From assembly GCA_016178045.1 (NCBI GenBank), contig JACOUE010000019.1, positions 1,377-65,376 of the forward strand: 64,000 nt of DNA, read 5' to 3'. This stretch comes from Chloroflexota bacterium. Its GTDB lineage: Bacteria > Chloroflexota > Dehalococcoidia > SM23-28-2 > JACOUE01. Made by a program: the position numbers and the translations under genes. The notes below the pieces were generated by a model, which ran no database searches, had not been told where the DNA came from, and was given only the letters and a program-made list of their open reading frames with translations. This document shows, one piece after another, positions 9,252 to 18,337 of the stretch (its first letter is position 1; each line of letters starts with the position of its first letter).

Positions 9252-10046
9252 CTAACTCAACATCGTCGGGAGGGCATCCGGCACAGCTATTACCAGGGCG
9301 CCGTAGGCGACCAGGCCCGCGGCGGCCAGGCCCCCGATCTGCCGCCCCAGGGGGAGCGACTTCTCGGCGAAGATGAGGAGGGTGATGAGGGCCATCGCCC
9401 CCACGTTCATCACCCCCAGCGGGAAGAGGATGACGAAGAGCAGCCAGCAGCAGCCTAGGCAGTAGGCGCCGTGCTCCAGCCCCATCATGAAGGAGCCGCC
9501 GTAGCCGTCCCGCCAGGAATTGAGGATGAAGTCGAGGGGCCCCCGGCACCTGGAGAGGCAGGCGCTCTTGAGCGGCGATAGCTGGTACAGGCCGGCGAAG
9601 ATGAGCACGCCCCCGCCGATGCGCCCGGCGTTGTCCATCAGCCCCATCGACTGCTCCGCCAGCTTCTCCGCCCCCGCCGCGACGCCATAGGCGACCACGC
9701 CGAAGACCGTCCAGACGACAAGGTACGAAGCCGCGAAGACCCAGGTGGGCACGAAGGCGACACCCCGCTCCTGCCGTCGCGCCTGCACCCGGGCGAAGGT
9801 CAGGATCATCGGCGCGGCCGTGGGGAACATCATCGCCACCATCATGGCGACCCAGGTAGCGACGAACAGGGGGGCGCCCATGCCCATGGTCAGCCCCATC
9901 GTCTCGTCGTCCATCGTGGACGATTGCCAGACGAGGACGCCCCAGCCGGCGCCGGCCAGGAGGAGGAGCGAGCCGAGGATCAGGTTTCGCTGTGGCCGTA
10001 GTGAATAAGGCGCTGTTGCTGCTGAGACTGGCACTATGTCACCCAT
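9252..10046 (-). CDS. DUF2182 predicted metal-binding integral membrane protein
   Basis: The start is ATG 10046 behind a GGAGG RBS. The Met-rich helix WVAMMVAMMFPTAAPM is present, and the gene is paired with DUF1326 as commonly seen. Confidence 0.7.
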   Translation of the reverse strand: MGDIVPVSAATAPYSLRPQRNLILGSLLLLAGAGWGVLVWQSSTMDDETMGLTMGMGAPLFVATWVAMMVAMMFPTAAPMILTFARVQARRQERGVAFVPTWVFAASYLVVWTVFGVVAYGVAAGAEKLAEQSMGLMDNAGRIGGGVLIFAGLYQLSPLKSACLSRCRGPLDFILNSWRDGYGGSFMMGLEHGAYCLGCCWLLFVILFPLGVMNVGAMALITLLIFAEKSLPLGRQIGGLAAAGLVAYGALVIAVPDALPTMLS

Positions 10047-10062
10047 GCATGCCTCCACACCC

Positions 10063-10698
10063 TTACGGGCCGGTCCAGTCGAAGGGGATGTGCTTGCTGG
10101 ACCTGCCGGCCCAGTCCCACTTGAAACCGAGGGCGTCAACCTCGTTTGCCGTCGCTGTACCCCAGGTAGCCACCTGGCCGGGGCCCACTTCGCTTCCGGG
10201 CGGGTTGAACAACTGCACCCGCTTCCCGGGCGCTGCAGTGGGGCCGGTTAGCGCCTCGGCCTTGGCGACTAGCCTCCCCGGGATCTCGGCCCGCCAATAG
10301 GCAAGGTCGTCGGCGATTTCGAACTGGATGGGGGCGAACTCCATTCCCCGTATCTCGCCGAAGAGCTCGGCGAACGTGGCTGGCCATCCGCCCGCCTTGC
10401 CGCCGAAGATCGTCTGAAGCGCCTCGCGCTGATGCTCATCGGCGCCCTGGTCTATGAAGAATCCGATGGTGACCTTGACCTCTCCCGCCCAGGCATTTCC
10501 CTTGAAATAGCTGACACTGACGAGGTTCAAGCCATCGAGCCGGATGTCACTGTAGCTCCCCTCGCGAATATGCCAGGCCATCACGCCTTCGCAGTCGCCG
10601 TGGCTGGGCGCCTGGGCGAAAGTACAAGGACAAGGGATATTACACTTACAAACATCAAACCAGTCACCCGCTAGATGCCATTTTGGAATGTCGGCCAT
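10063..10698 (-). CDS. DUF1326 family protein (copy 1)
   Basis: It has the N-terminal Cys cluster WFDVCKCNIPCPCTFAQ...GDCEG. Confidence 0.75.
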   Translation of the reverse strand: MADIPKWHLAGDWFDVCKCNIPCPCTFAQAPSHGDCEGVMAWHIREGSYSDIRLDGLNLVSVSYFKGNAWAGEVKVTIGFFIDQGADEHQREALQTIFGGKAGGWPATFAELFGEIRGMEFAPIQFEIADDLAYWRAEIPGRLVAKAEALTGPTAAPGKRVQLFNPPGSEVGPGQVATWGTATANEVDALGFKWDWAGRSSKHIPFDWTGP

Positions 10699-10734
10699 AG
10701 TGCTGTGCTCCTTCCATTTCTATGAACCTTTCGC

Positions 10735-11082
10735 CTAATCAAGCCCTCCCGTGGGGGCTGTTTTCGACCGCGCGTTGAGGATGGCCCCGGCGGTGGCGAC
10801 GCAGTAGGGCACCGCGTAGGTCAGCGGTATCTTCCAGGCCAGCGCCAGGGTCGCGTCTCCCTGCACGATGACGTTCCCCTGGTTGATCGCCGTCAGGATG
10901 GTGCCGACGATGAGCGCGATGGTGAGGGAGCGGGCCACCAGCGGCAGGTGCATGAGGGCGCAGGGCAGGCAGCGAGCCAGGCGTCCGCTGCCGGCGCGCA
11001 CCTCGTATACCGTCCCCTTCAGTGTCGCCCAGCAGCGGCCGCAGGTTAGTGCGGCCGCTGCGCCCGCCACAATCTCAGCCAT
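10735..11082 (-). CDS. NrtS-like small membrane protein with N-terminal Cys4 zinc-ribbon-like extension
   Basis: The core reads LTIALIVGTILTAINQGNVIV...IPLTYAVPYCVATAGAI. The N-terminus carries CGRC...CLPC. Confidence 0.6.
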   Translation of the reverse strand: MAEIVAGAAAALTCGRCWATLKGTVYEVRAGSGRLARCLPCALMHLPLVARSLTIALIVGTILTAINQGNVIVQGDATLALAWKIPLTYAVPYCVATAGAILNARSKTAPTGGLD

Positions 11083-11094
11083 ATTTAGTGACGA

Positions 11095-11694
11095 TCAGGC
11101 GCTCCAGTTGAACGTGGTCATGGCCGCATGGCCGCCGCTCTCCCACCGACGCATCTCCGGGTCGGCCCAGCGTGTGCCTTTGCCGCTGGCTAGGTCCATG
11201 CTCTCGACCTGAAACGCGCCTAGTGCCGGCGCGTTCACCACCTTTGTCGGCCGCCCGTCTTCCATCTTTATTGGCTGGAGTGTCACCTGACCGACGCTGC
11301 CGACGGTGGCGGATGGATTGTCGCCCCCCTGCACGGCGATCTTCGTCACCTGGGCGGGCAGCCACTTCGCGACAGCGGAGGCGAACGCTTCCCAGACGCC
11401 GCCCTTCTTGCCGCTGAAGATTGCCTCCAGCTCCCGGCGCTGCTCAGGGCTGGCGGCCTCGTCGATGTAGAGGCGAGCGGTGCCGTTGCCGCTGAAGAAG
11501 TCCCCGGGTAGATCAAGCGCGTCGGCGACCTTACAACCAGCCAGGCTGACGCCGTCCGATTCCCCCTCCTGTATCTCATAGACATCGGCGCCGGAGCACC
11601 AGCCCTGGTCGGGCTCCGCCGGACCCAGGAAGCATGGGCAGAGCGCCTTGCAACTGCAGGAGTTTATCCATCGTCCCGTCATTCGCCAGGCCAT
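11095..11694 (-). CDS. DUF1326 family protein (copy 2)
   Basis: It has the N-terminal Cys cluster WINSCSCKALCPCFLGP...GWCSG. Confidence 0.75.
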   Translation of the reverse strand: MAWRMTGRWINSCSCKALCPCFLGPAEPDQGWCSGADVYEIQEGESDGVSLAGCKVADALDLPGDFFSGNGTARLYIDEAASPEQRRELEAIFSGKKGGVWEAFASAVAKWLPAQVTKIAVQGGDNPSATVGSVGQVTLQPIKMEDGRPTKVVNAPALGAFQVESMDLASGKGTRWADPEMRRWESGGHAAMTTFNWSA

Positions 11695-12032
11695 GACTTA
11701 CCCCTTTCCTACTTTCGCGGCGAACGGTGCCGTTCGCCGCCTTACAGGCGTTTCTCCTAAGTGTACGCGGGATGCTGCAGACGAGGAGAACTGGTGAGAC
11801 GCTGGCTCCTCGCACGCGGGGCTGCGGGCGACCTCCTTTCTAGGCTCTTCCTCCTGGCCGGGTTCCATCCGGCCCGCAGAGGTAGAACGATGAGGCGGTG
11901 ATTTACATTTTCCCCAAACCGGCGCCCTTGTCAATACGACCTCCGTTTAGCGCAGGTCCTGCCGCTGATTGACAGACCTGTAACGAAAGGTTAGACCTGT
12001 CCGTCTACCCCCGTAGAAGACCATTGGGGGTA

Positions 12033-12173
12033 ATGAGTATGCTTTACTGGATGTGTCTCCAGGGCGTGATCACCGCCGTCGTCATCGGCGAGCTGGCCAC
12101 GATCGGCACCCTCGCTTTCCTCTACGGCCTCCCCTGGGCCGTCGGCCTCGAGTACGCCGGCGCCGAGGCCTAG
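12033..12173 (+). CDS. Possible 46-aa hydrophobic peptide
   Basis: ATG lies behind a GGGGG RBS-like run. MSMLYWMCLQGVITAVVIGELATIGTLAFLYGLPWAVGLEYAGAEA contains one TM-like segment. It is below the ORF-track size cutoff. Confidence 0.25.
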   Translation: MSMLYWMCLQGVITAVVIGELATIGTLAFLYGLPWAVGLEYAGAEA

Positions 12174-12245
12174 CCACCATCCGACTTCGCCACCTGGTTC
12201 CCGGGAACCTCGGGGCTCCTCCTCACGTTTATCCTCAAGGGACGA

Positions 12246-12653
12246 GTGATGTCCGTCCGATACCTCTGGCCTGTCCTCTTTGCCTTCGCGCTGCTCCTGG
12301 CCGCCTGCGCCGACGAAGGCCAGCCTTCCCTCACCTCCGGTATCCGAGGCCAGGTCCTCATCGGCCCGACCTGTCCGGTCGTGCGCCAGGGCTCCCCCTG
12401 TCCAGACGCCCCCTTCCAGGCCAGCGTGGAGGTGTGGAACGCCGACCGCACCGACAAGATCACCACCTTCCGCACCGACGAGGACGGCCGATTCCGCGTC
12501 CCCCTGCCGCCGGGCGAGTACCTGCTGGAGCCGCTGCCCCCCAACCCGGGCGTCCCGCCCACCCCCGAATCGCAGACGGTGACCGTTCCGGCCGCCGGCT
12601 TCGTCGCCGTCACGCTCCACTTCGATACCGGCATCCGCTTGGCAGGCGGCTAG
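12246..12653 (+). CDS. Lipoprotein with carboxypeptidase-regulatory-like beta-sandwich
   Basis: The lipobox LLAAC is present, followed by RTDEDGRFRVPLPPGEYLLEP. Confidence 0.65.
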   Translation: MMSVRYLWPVLFAFALLLAACADEGQPSLTSGIRGQVLIGPTCPVVRQGSPCPDAPFQASVEVWNADRTDKITTFRTDEDGRFRVPLPPGEYLLEPLPPNPGVPPTPESQTVTVPAAGFVAVTLHFDTGIRLAGG

Positions 12654-12677
12654 CTGCGGGCCGCTGGCCGCCTTAAA

Positions 12678-13412
12678 ATGGGGCCGATGCAGGTCCGCCA
12701 GCTGCACCCCTGGGACATCGCCCCGGCCGAGGCGCGCGCCGTGCAGGAGCGCCTCGCCATGCAGGTCATCGCCGAAGGAACGCCAGAGCAGGTGCGCTTC
12801 GTGGCCGGCGCCGACATCGCCTTCGAGGACAGACAGCCCGGCCGGCAGCCCGCTTCCGCCCGTGGCGCGGTGGTCGTCCTGTCGTACCCGGAGTTGCGGC
12901 TCGTGGAGCAGGTAGAGGTGGAGGCGCCGGTGACGTTTCCCTACGTGCCCGGGCTCCTCGCCTTCCGCGAGGTGCCGGTGTTGGCCCGCGCCTTCGAGAA
13001 GCTGGAGCACAGGCCGGACCTGATCATCGCCGACGGCCACGGCTACTCCCACCCGCGCCGCTGCGGTTTCGCCTGCCACCTGGGGTTGGTGCTGGACGTG
13101 CCCACCATCGGCTGCGCCAAGTCGCGCCTCTTCGGCGAGCACGGCCCCGTGCCCGACGAAACCGGCGCCCGCGTCGAGCTGCGGGACGGGGCCGAGGTGA
13201 TCGGGCTGGTGCTGCGGACGCGCCGGGGCGTCTCGCCGGTGTACGTGTCGGCAGGGCACCACATCGGCGTGACGGAGGCCGCGGCGTGGGTGCTCCGCCT
13301 CTGCCGGGGCTACCGCCTGCCGGAGCCCGTCCGCCTGGCCGACGCCCTCTCGAAGGGCCGGCGGCCCCAGGCCGCCGCCGAACCGGTCGTCGAGCAGCAA
13401 CGCTTCATTTAG
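12678..13412 (+). CDS. nfi: Endonuclease V
   Basis: GADIAFED...YVPGLLAFREVP...DGHGYSHPRRCGFACHLG...IGCAKSRL. Confidence 0.9.
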   Translation: MGPMQVRQLHPWDIAPAEARAVQERLAMQVIAEGTPEQVRFVAGADIAFEDRQPGRQPASARGAVVVLSYPELRLVEQVEVEAPVTFPYVPGLLAFREVPVLARAFEKLEHRPDLIIADGHGYSHPRRCGFACHLGLVLDVPTIGCAKSRLFGEHGPVPDETGARVELRDGAEVIGLVLRTRRGVSPVYVSAGHHIGVTEAAAWVLRLCRGYRLPEPVRLADALSKGRRPQAAAEPVVEQQRFI

Positions 13413-13447
13413 GGTAGAATCGTATTCGGAGGTATGATCAGCTAGCC

Positions 13448-14552
13448 ATGCAGGAGACCAAACCCGTCCTCACCGAGCTGCAAGAGCGTATTTCTCACGT
13501 CCTCCACCGTCTTTGACGTCCCCCACCTAGAGCAAGAGATCACCCGTCTCGAAGCCCAGTCGGCCCGGCCCGATTTCTGGAACGACCCCCAGGAGGCGCA
13601 GCGGGTCATGCGCCGCCTCTCCGACATGCGCGAGCGTGTCGAAACGTGGCGCGGCCTTGAGGCGAAGGCCCGCGAGCTCCACGAGTTGCTCGATATGGCG
13701 ACCGCCGAGAGCGACGAGACGGTGGGGGCCGAGGTCGCCGGCGAGGTGGCGGCCCTGGGCCAGCGCCTGGACGAGCTTGAGCTATCCCTGGCCCTGGCCG
13801 GTGAGTACGACCGCCGCGACGCCATCATCGCCGTGCACGCCGGCGCCGGCGGCACCGACTCGCAGGACTGGGCGGAGATCCTCCTGCGCATGTACCTCCG
13901 CTGGGCGGAGAGCAGGGAGTACGGCACGTCCATCCTGGACCTGACCCCCGGCGAGGAGGCCGGCCTCAAGAGCGTCACCGTTGAGGTGAACGGGTCCTAC
14001 GCCTACGGCTACCTGAAGACGGAGCGCGGCGTCCACCGCCTGGTCCGCCTCTCGCCCTTCGACGCCGCCCACGCGCGGCACACTTCGTTCGCCCTGGTGG
14101 AGGTCATGCCCGAGGTGGAGAGCCCCGCCGAGGTGGAGATCGACCCGGAGGACCTCCGCATCGACGTCTTTCGGGCCAGCACCAAGGGCGGCCAGAACGT
14201 CCAGAAGAACGCCACAGCCGTCCGCGTCATCCACATCCCCACCGGCATCACCGTCTCCTGCCAGAACGAGCGCTCCCTCCAGCGGAACAAGGACTTCGCC
14301 CTGAAGGTGCTCTCGGCGCGGCTGCTGGAGCGGGAGCTGGAGCGCCGGGCGCAGGAGCAGGTTCGCCTCAAGGGCGAACACGTGTCCGCGGAATGGGGGA
14401 ACCAGATCCGCTCCTACGTGCTCCACCCGTATAAGCTGGTGAAGGACCATCGCACCGGCTACGAGACCAGCGACGCCGAAGGCGTCCTGGACGGGGCGCT
14501 GGACGATTTCATCCGCGCATACCAGAAGGCGACCCTGGGGCAGAAGTCTTGA
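13448..14552 (+). CDS. prfB: Peptide chain release factor 2 (programmed +1 frameshift at 13511-13517)
   Basis: ATG 13448 is followed by 22 codons and then CTT TGA C. The +1 frame continues DVPHLEQEI... into ORF 13608..14552, which carries the SPF (RLSPFD) and GGQ (KGGQNVQKN) motifs. Confidence 0.92.
13511..13517 (+). promoter_or_regulatory. RF2 autoregulatory +1 frameshift site CTTTGAC
   Basis: The canonical CUU UGA C heptamer occurs at codon 22-23 of prfB. Confidence 0.85.
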
Positions 14553-15814
14553 GACTGCGCAGGCTGGTCCTGGCGGTAGTCCTGCTGCCGCTGCTGCTGC
14601 TGGCGCTGGCCGGCGGGACGGCGCGGGCCAAGGGCGACATCACCGTCACCGGCGCAGGTGTCGATAACCGCTTCCCCAACGGCCTCCACTTCAGCCTCTC
14701 CGCCACGAGCGACTCGTCTATCGAGGAGGTCCGCCTCCGCTACCGCGTCCTGCCGGACGGCCCCGTCTCCCTCGGGGTGCCCGAGTTCGAGCCCGGCGAG
14801 TCCGTCAGCATCGGGTTCCAGGTGGGCGGCGGCGCCGAGCTCTACCTGGCCCCGGGCGCGACCATCCGCTACGCCTGGGAGCTGACCGACGCCTCCGGCG
14901 GCACCGTGACCACGCCCACGAAGACCGCCGTCTACGACGACGTGCGTTTCGACTTTCAGGTGGAGCCGGCGGCAGGCGTCCGGCTCTACTGGTACGCGGG
15001 GAGCCGGGAGACGGCCCAAGAGATGCTCCAGGTGGCGCGGGAGACCCTGGACCGCATGTCGCACCTCTTGGGCGCCGAGGTCGACTTCCCCGTGAAGGTC
15101 TGGGTGTACGCCGACTCGGGCGACATGCGGCCGGCGCTGGTCCACCGCAGCGAGGCGTACGAGGAACGGATCACCACCTACGGCACGCGGGTCACGTCGG
15201 ATACAGTCCTCGTCCTGGGCTCCGCAGCGTTCGATACCCTCCGCCACGAGCTGGCGCACATCGTGACCGGCGTGGCCGGGGAGGGGCCCTACGGGGCGCT
15301 GCCGGACTGGCTGGACGAGGGGACGGCGGTCTACGCCCAGTCCGGCCCGGGCAACTACGGCATCGCGATCGAGCGGGCGGTGGCCGGGGGGAACGTCTTC
15401 TCGCTGCCGGCCATCAGCTCCGCCCCCGGCGACCCCGACAAGGTTCTGCTCTTCTACGGCCAATCCTGGAGCGTGGCCTCGTACTTGATCGATACCTACG
15501 GCCCCCGGAAGTTTGCCAGGCTGTTCGAGGCCTTGAGGGAGGGCGCCACCACTGACGGCGCTCTGCGGGACGTCTACGGCTTCGACCAGGGCGGGCTGGA
15601 AGACCGCTGGCGGGAGAGCGTGGGCCTGCCGCCGCGGGCGACGTCGCCGCCGGAGGACGGTGCGCGTTCGCCCGGGCCGGGGCAGAACGGGACGGCTTCG
15701 TCGGCCGGAGATGGGAACGGCACGGGCCTGATCGTGGCGCTGGTGGCGGCGGTGCTGGCCTCCGCGCTGGTGCTGGGGGCCGGGGGGTACCTGCTGTCGC
15801 GGCGCTTCCGCTAG
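14549..15814 (+). CDS. Secreted/membrane-anchored zinc metallopeptidase-like protein (HExxH)
   Basis: The TTG start overlaps the prfB stop (TTGA). It has a signal peptide, an HELAH motif and a C-terminal TM segment (LIVALVAAVLASALVLGAGGYLL). Confidence 0.6.
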   Translation: MRLRRLVLAVVLLPLLLLALAGGTARAKGDITVTGAGVDNRFPNGLHFSLSATSDSSIEEVRLRYRVLPDGPVSLGVPEFEPGESVSIGFQVGGGAELYLAPGATIRYAWELTDASGGTVTTPTKTAVYDDVRFDFQVEPAAGVRLYWYAGSRETAQEMLQVARETLDRMSHLLGAEVDFPVKVWVYADSGDMRPALVHRSEAYEERITTYGTRVTSDTVLVLGSAAFDTLRHELAHIVTGVAGEGPYGALPDWLDEGTAVYAQSGPGNYGIAIERAVAGGNVFSLPAISSAPGDPDKVLLFYGQSWSVASYLIDTYGPRKFARLFEALREGATTDGALRDVYGFDQGGLEDRWRESVGLPPRATSPPEDGARSPGPGQNGTASSAGDGNGTGLIVALVAAVLASALVLGAGGYLLSRRFR

Positions 15815-16590
15815 GGGATGATGAGCCCGGAGCCGCGGCGCTTGCCCCTCTCGATGGGCTTCTGGGCCGGCGGCGGTTCGGCGGGGGAAGCGGGGCCCTG
15901 CGCCTCGGCGGGCTCGGCCACGGGCGACTCGACCGCCTTCACCACCTGGTCCACGAAGACGTTCTCGGGCACGGCGCCGGGGATAGCGACTTTGTCGTTG
16001 ATGACGGCGAGGGGCACGGCCCGCACCTGGTAGCGCTGGGCCAGCTCCGGGAACTCGTTGACCTCGATGACCTCGGCGGTTACGCGGGGGCTTTCCAGCG
16101 CCAGGTTGTAGGCGAAGCGCGCCATCTGAGGGCAGTAGGGGCAGGTGGGGGTGACGAAGACCAGGATCTGCACGTCCTCCTTCAGCTTGCGCAGCGCCTT
16201 CTTCGACGCTTTGGAAAGGAGGGACATGCCGCGGGACGTATCGACGATCGTCTCCACGAAGGCGGGGAACTCGGTGCCACCGGGCAGGCCGTAGAACTTG
16301 AGGCCGCGGTGGTCCTTACCGTGCAGGAGGATACCGGGTATCTTGTCGACACCGTACTTGCGCGCCTCCTCCTTCGCCTCCTCCAGGTCGTGGACGCGGA
16401 GGCTTATCAGGTCGCTGAGGGCGGCCAGCTCCTGGAGCATCTCGCGCGCCGGCTTGCAGTAGGCGCAGGGCTGGCGTCCCGGGACGTAGACGGACAGCTC
16501 CTGCTGGGTGAAGAACTCGATCTTGACGGGATTGATCAGCTCAAGGGCGAACTTCTGACGCAGGACATCCTGGTCCTTAAGCGGAATCAC
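15811..16590 (-). CDS. Two-domain thioredoxin-fold protein (glutaredoxin-like / PDO-like)
   Basis: Two CxxC motifs (CAYC, CPYC) are present, each in a Trx-like half. Confidence 0.75.
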   Translation of the reverse strand: MIPLKDQDVLRQKFALELINPVKIEFFTQQELSVYVPGRQPCAYCKPAREMLQELAALSDLISLRVHDLEEAKEEARKYGVDKIPGILLHGKDHRGLKFYGLPGGTEFPAFVETIVDTSRGMSLLSKASKKALRKLKEDVQILVFVTPTCPYCPQMARFAYNLALESPRVTAEVIEVNEFPELAQRYQVRAVPLAVINDKVAIPGAVPENVFVDQVVKAVESPVAEPAEAQGPASPAEPPPAQKPIERGKRRGSGLIIP

Positions 16591-17188
16591 TACGGTCTCC
16601 CTCTTCCAGCGGCTCTTGTGACCTGCGCCAGGCCAGGAACAGGCGCTGGGCGGCGGTGAGGTTGGCGGCGATGGCCAGTATCCAGAGCACCACCGTCACC
16701 TCGTCGATTATAAGTCCGATCCCCAGCACCAGCACCCGCTCCGGCCGGGCGAAGATCCCCTCGCGCGTCGACACGCCGACGATCTCAGCCCGCGCCCGCA
16801 CGTAGCTCACCAGGATGGAGCCGGCCATGGCGGCGAAGGCCAGCAGGACGCCGTCGCGGTCGTCGCGGCCGCTGAACCAGACCATGAGGCCGAAGAGGAC
16901 CGCCGCCTCGGAGACGCGGTCCATCACGGCGTCGAAGATGGAGCCGAAGGCGGTGGCGCGTCCCGTAGCCCGGGCCAGCGCCCCGTCCAGAAGGTCGACG
17001 GCGCTGGCCGCCAGCGTGACGATGCCGCCGGGCAGGAACTGGCCGCGGGCCACCAGCACCGCCGCCCCGACGTTCCCCAGCACCCCGATTAGGGTGAGGT
17101 GGTTGGGGGAAAGCCCCAGGCTGGCGAGGACGCCCACGATGGGGTCGGTCAGCCGCTGCAGGAAGGACCGGGGGAGGAGGAAGGACAT
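16577..17188 (-). CDS. CDP-alcohol phosphatidyltransferase (phosphatidylinositol-phosphate synthase-like)
   Basis: It carries the DLLDGALARATGRATAFGSIFDAVMDRVSE signature (D..DG..AR...G...D...D). The operon also contains ino1. Confidence 0.8.
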   Translation of the reverse strand: MSFLLPRSFLQRLTDPIVGVLASLGLSPNHLTLIGVLGNVGAAVLVARGQFLPGGIVTLAASAVDLLDGALARATGRATAFGSIFDAVMDRVSEAAVLFGLMVWFSGRDDRDGVLLAFAAMAGSILVSYVRARAEIVGVSTREGIFARPERVLVLGIGLIIDEVTVVLWILAIAANLTAAQRLFLAWRRSQEPLEEGDRSDSA

Positions 17189-18337
17189 CTAGGGGCCCGC
17201 GTCCCCGTCGGCGGGGGCCCGGCCGTTCATGACGCGCTCGTAATAGGCCATGATGTCGCGCCAGACCCGGTCCCAGCTGTAGCGCCGGGCGGTCTTCGCT
17301 CCCTGCTTGCCCATCACCTCGCGCAGGGCGGCGTCGGAGAGGAGGCGCCAGAGAGAGTTGGCCAGCCCCTCGACGTCCCGCGGCGGCACGAGGAGCCCCT
17401 CCTTGCCGTCGGCGAGGACGTCGCCGAACCCCTCGATGTGCGAGGCGACGATAGGGGCGCCGGCGGCCATCGCCTCGAGCAGGATGATGCCGAGGCTCTC
17501 GGCGCCGGTGTTGGGGGCGCAGTAGACGTGGGCGGTCTTGAAGTAGCGGACCTTCTCCTCCTCCGAGACGTAGCCCGTGAACACCACGTCGCGGAGGCCC
17601 TTGCGCTGGACGTAGCGCTGGCAGGCTTGGCGCATGCCGCCGTCGCCGCCGACGATGATGAGGCGCGTATCGGGCAGCTCCTCCTTGAGCAGGGCGTAGG
17701 CCTGGAGCAGGTAGGGAAGGCCCTTTCGCTTCTCCAGCCGCCCCAGGAAGAGGATGTTGAGCTTGCCGTCGATGTACTCAGGCATCGGCGGGACTTCGGC
17801 GGCGAAGAAGCCGTAGTCCACGCCGTTGGGGATGACCTGGTAGCGGTCGGCGAAGTACTTGCCGATAAGCCGCAGGGCGGTCCGCGATACCACGATACGG
17901 CCGTTGAGGCGATCCCACCAGGGCCGGATCAGGTAGCGGGCGTAGGCGTAGAGGCGGCTGCCCCCTTCGCGGGCGGCGTGGAACGTCGCCACGTTTGTGG
18001 TTCTGGAGTGGCGCATGAACTGGAAGGGTAGCAGGGGCATGAACGGCTCGTGGAGGTGCACAACGTCGAAATCGTTCCGCTCCAGGAACCGCTTGACCCT
18101 CGATCCCAGGTTGAAGGAGAGGCTGATATTGGCCACGGAGCCGGAGGCGGGCAGCCCAACGGTGTACTCCCCGATGATGGTGAGGTGGTCAGCGGCGTGC
18201 GTCCACGGCTTCGAGGAAGGCGCCACGATGCGGACGTCGTGCCCGGCGCGGAGGAACTGCTGCGCCAGGTTCGTGACGTGGCTGTTGCAGCCCCCGGGCA
18301 CGGCCCAGTCGTAGGGAGAGACGAGGGCGATCCTCAT
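17189..18337 (-). CDS. GT4 glycosyltransferase (PimA-like)
   Basis: MRIALVSPYDWAVPGGCNSHV begins at ATG 18337, with an ATGA overlap with the upstream gene. The C-terminus carries the GT4 E-x7-E region (ESLGIILLEAMAAG). Confidence 0.85.
   Translation of the reverse strand: MRIALVSPYDWAVPGGCNSHVTNLAQQFLRAGHDVRIVAPSSKPWTHAADHLTIIGEYTVGLPASGSVANISLSFNLGSRVKRFLERNDFDVVHLHEPFMPLLPFQFMRHSRTTNVATFHAAREGGSRLYAYARYLIRPWWDRLNGRIVVSRTALRLIGKYFADRYQVIPNGVDYGFFAAEVPPMPEYIDGKLNILFLGRLEKRKGLPYLLQAYALLKEELPDTRLIIVGGDGGMRQACQRYVQRKGLRDVVFTGYVSEEEKVRYFKTAHVYCAPNTGAESLGIILLEAMAAGAPIVASHIEGFGDVLADGKEGLLVPPRDVEGLANSLWRLLSDAALREVMGKQGAKTARRYSWDRVWRDIMAYYERVMNGRAPADGDAGP

Noticed and set aside
11969-12000. The direct repeat AGACCTGT x2 (19-nt period) overlapping a TTGACA, considered as a regulator site or promoter.
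   Set aside because: The 8-mers are too short to be significant on their own, and the candidate -10 (TAGACC) is poor.
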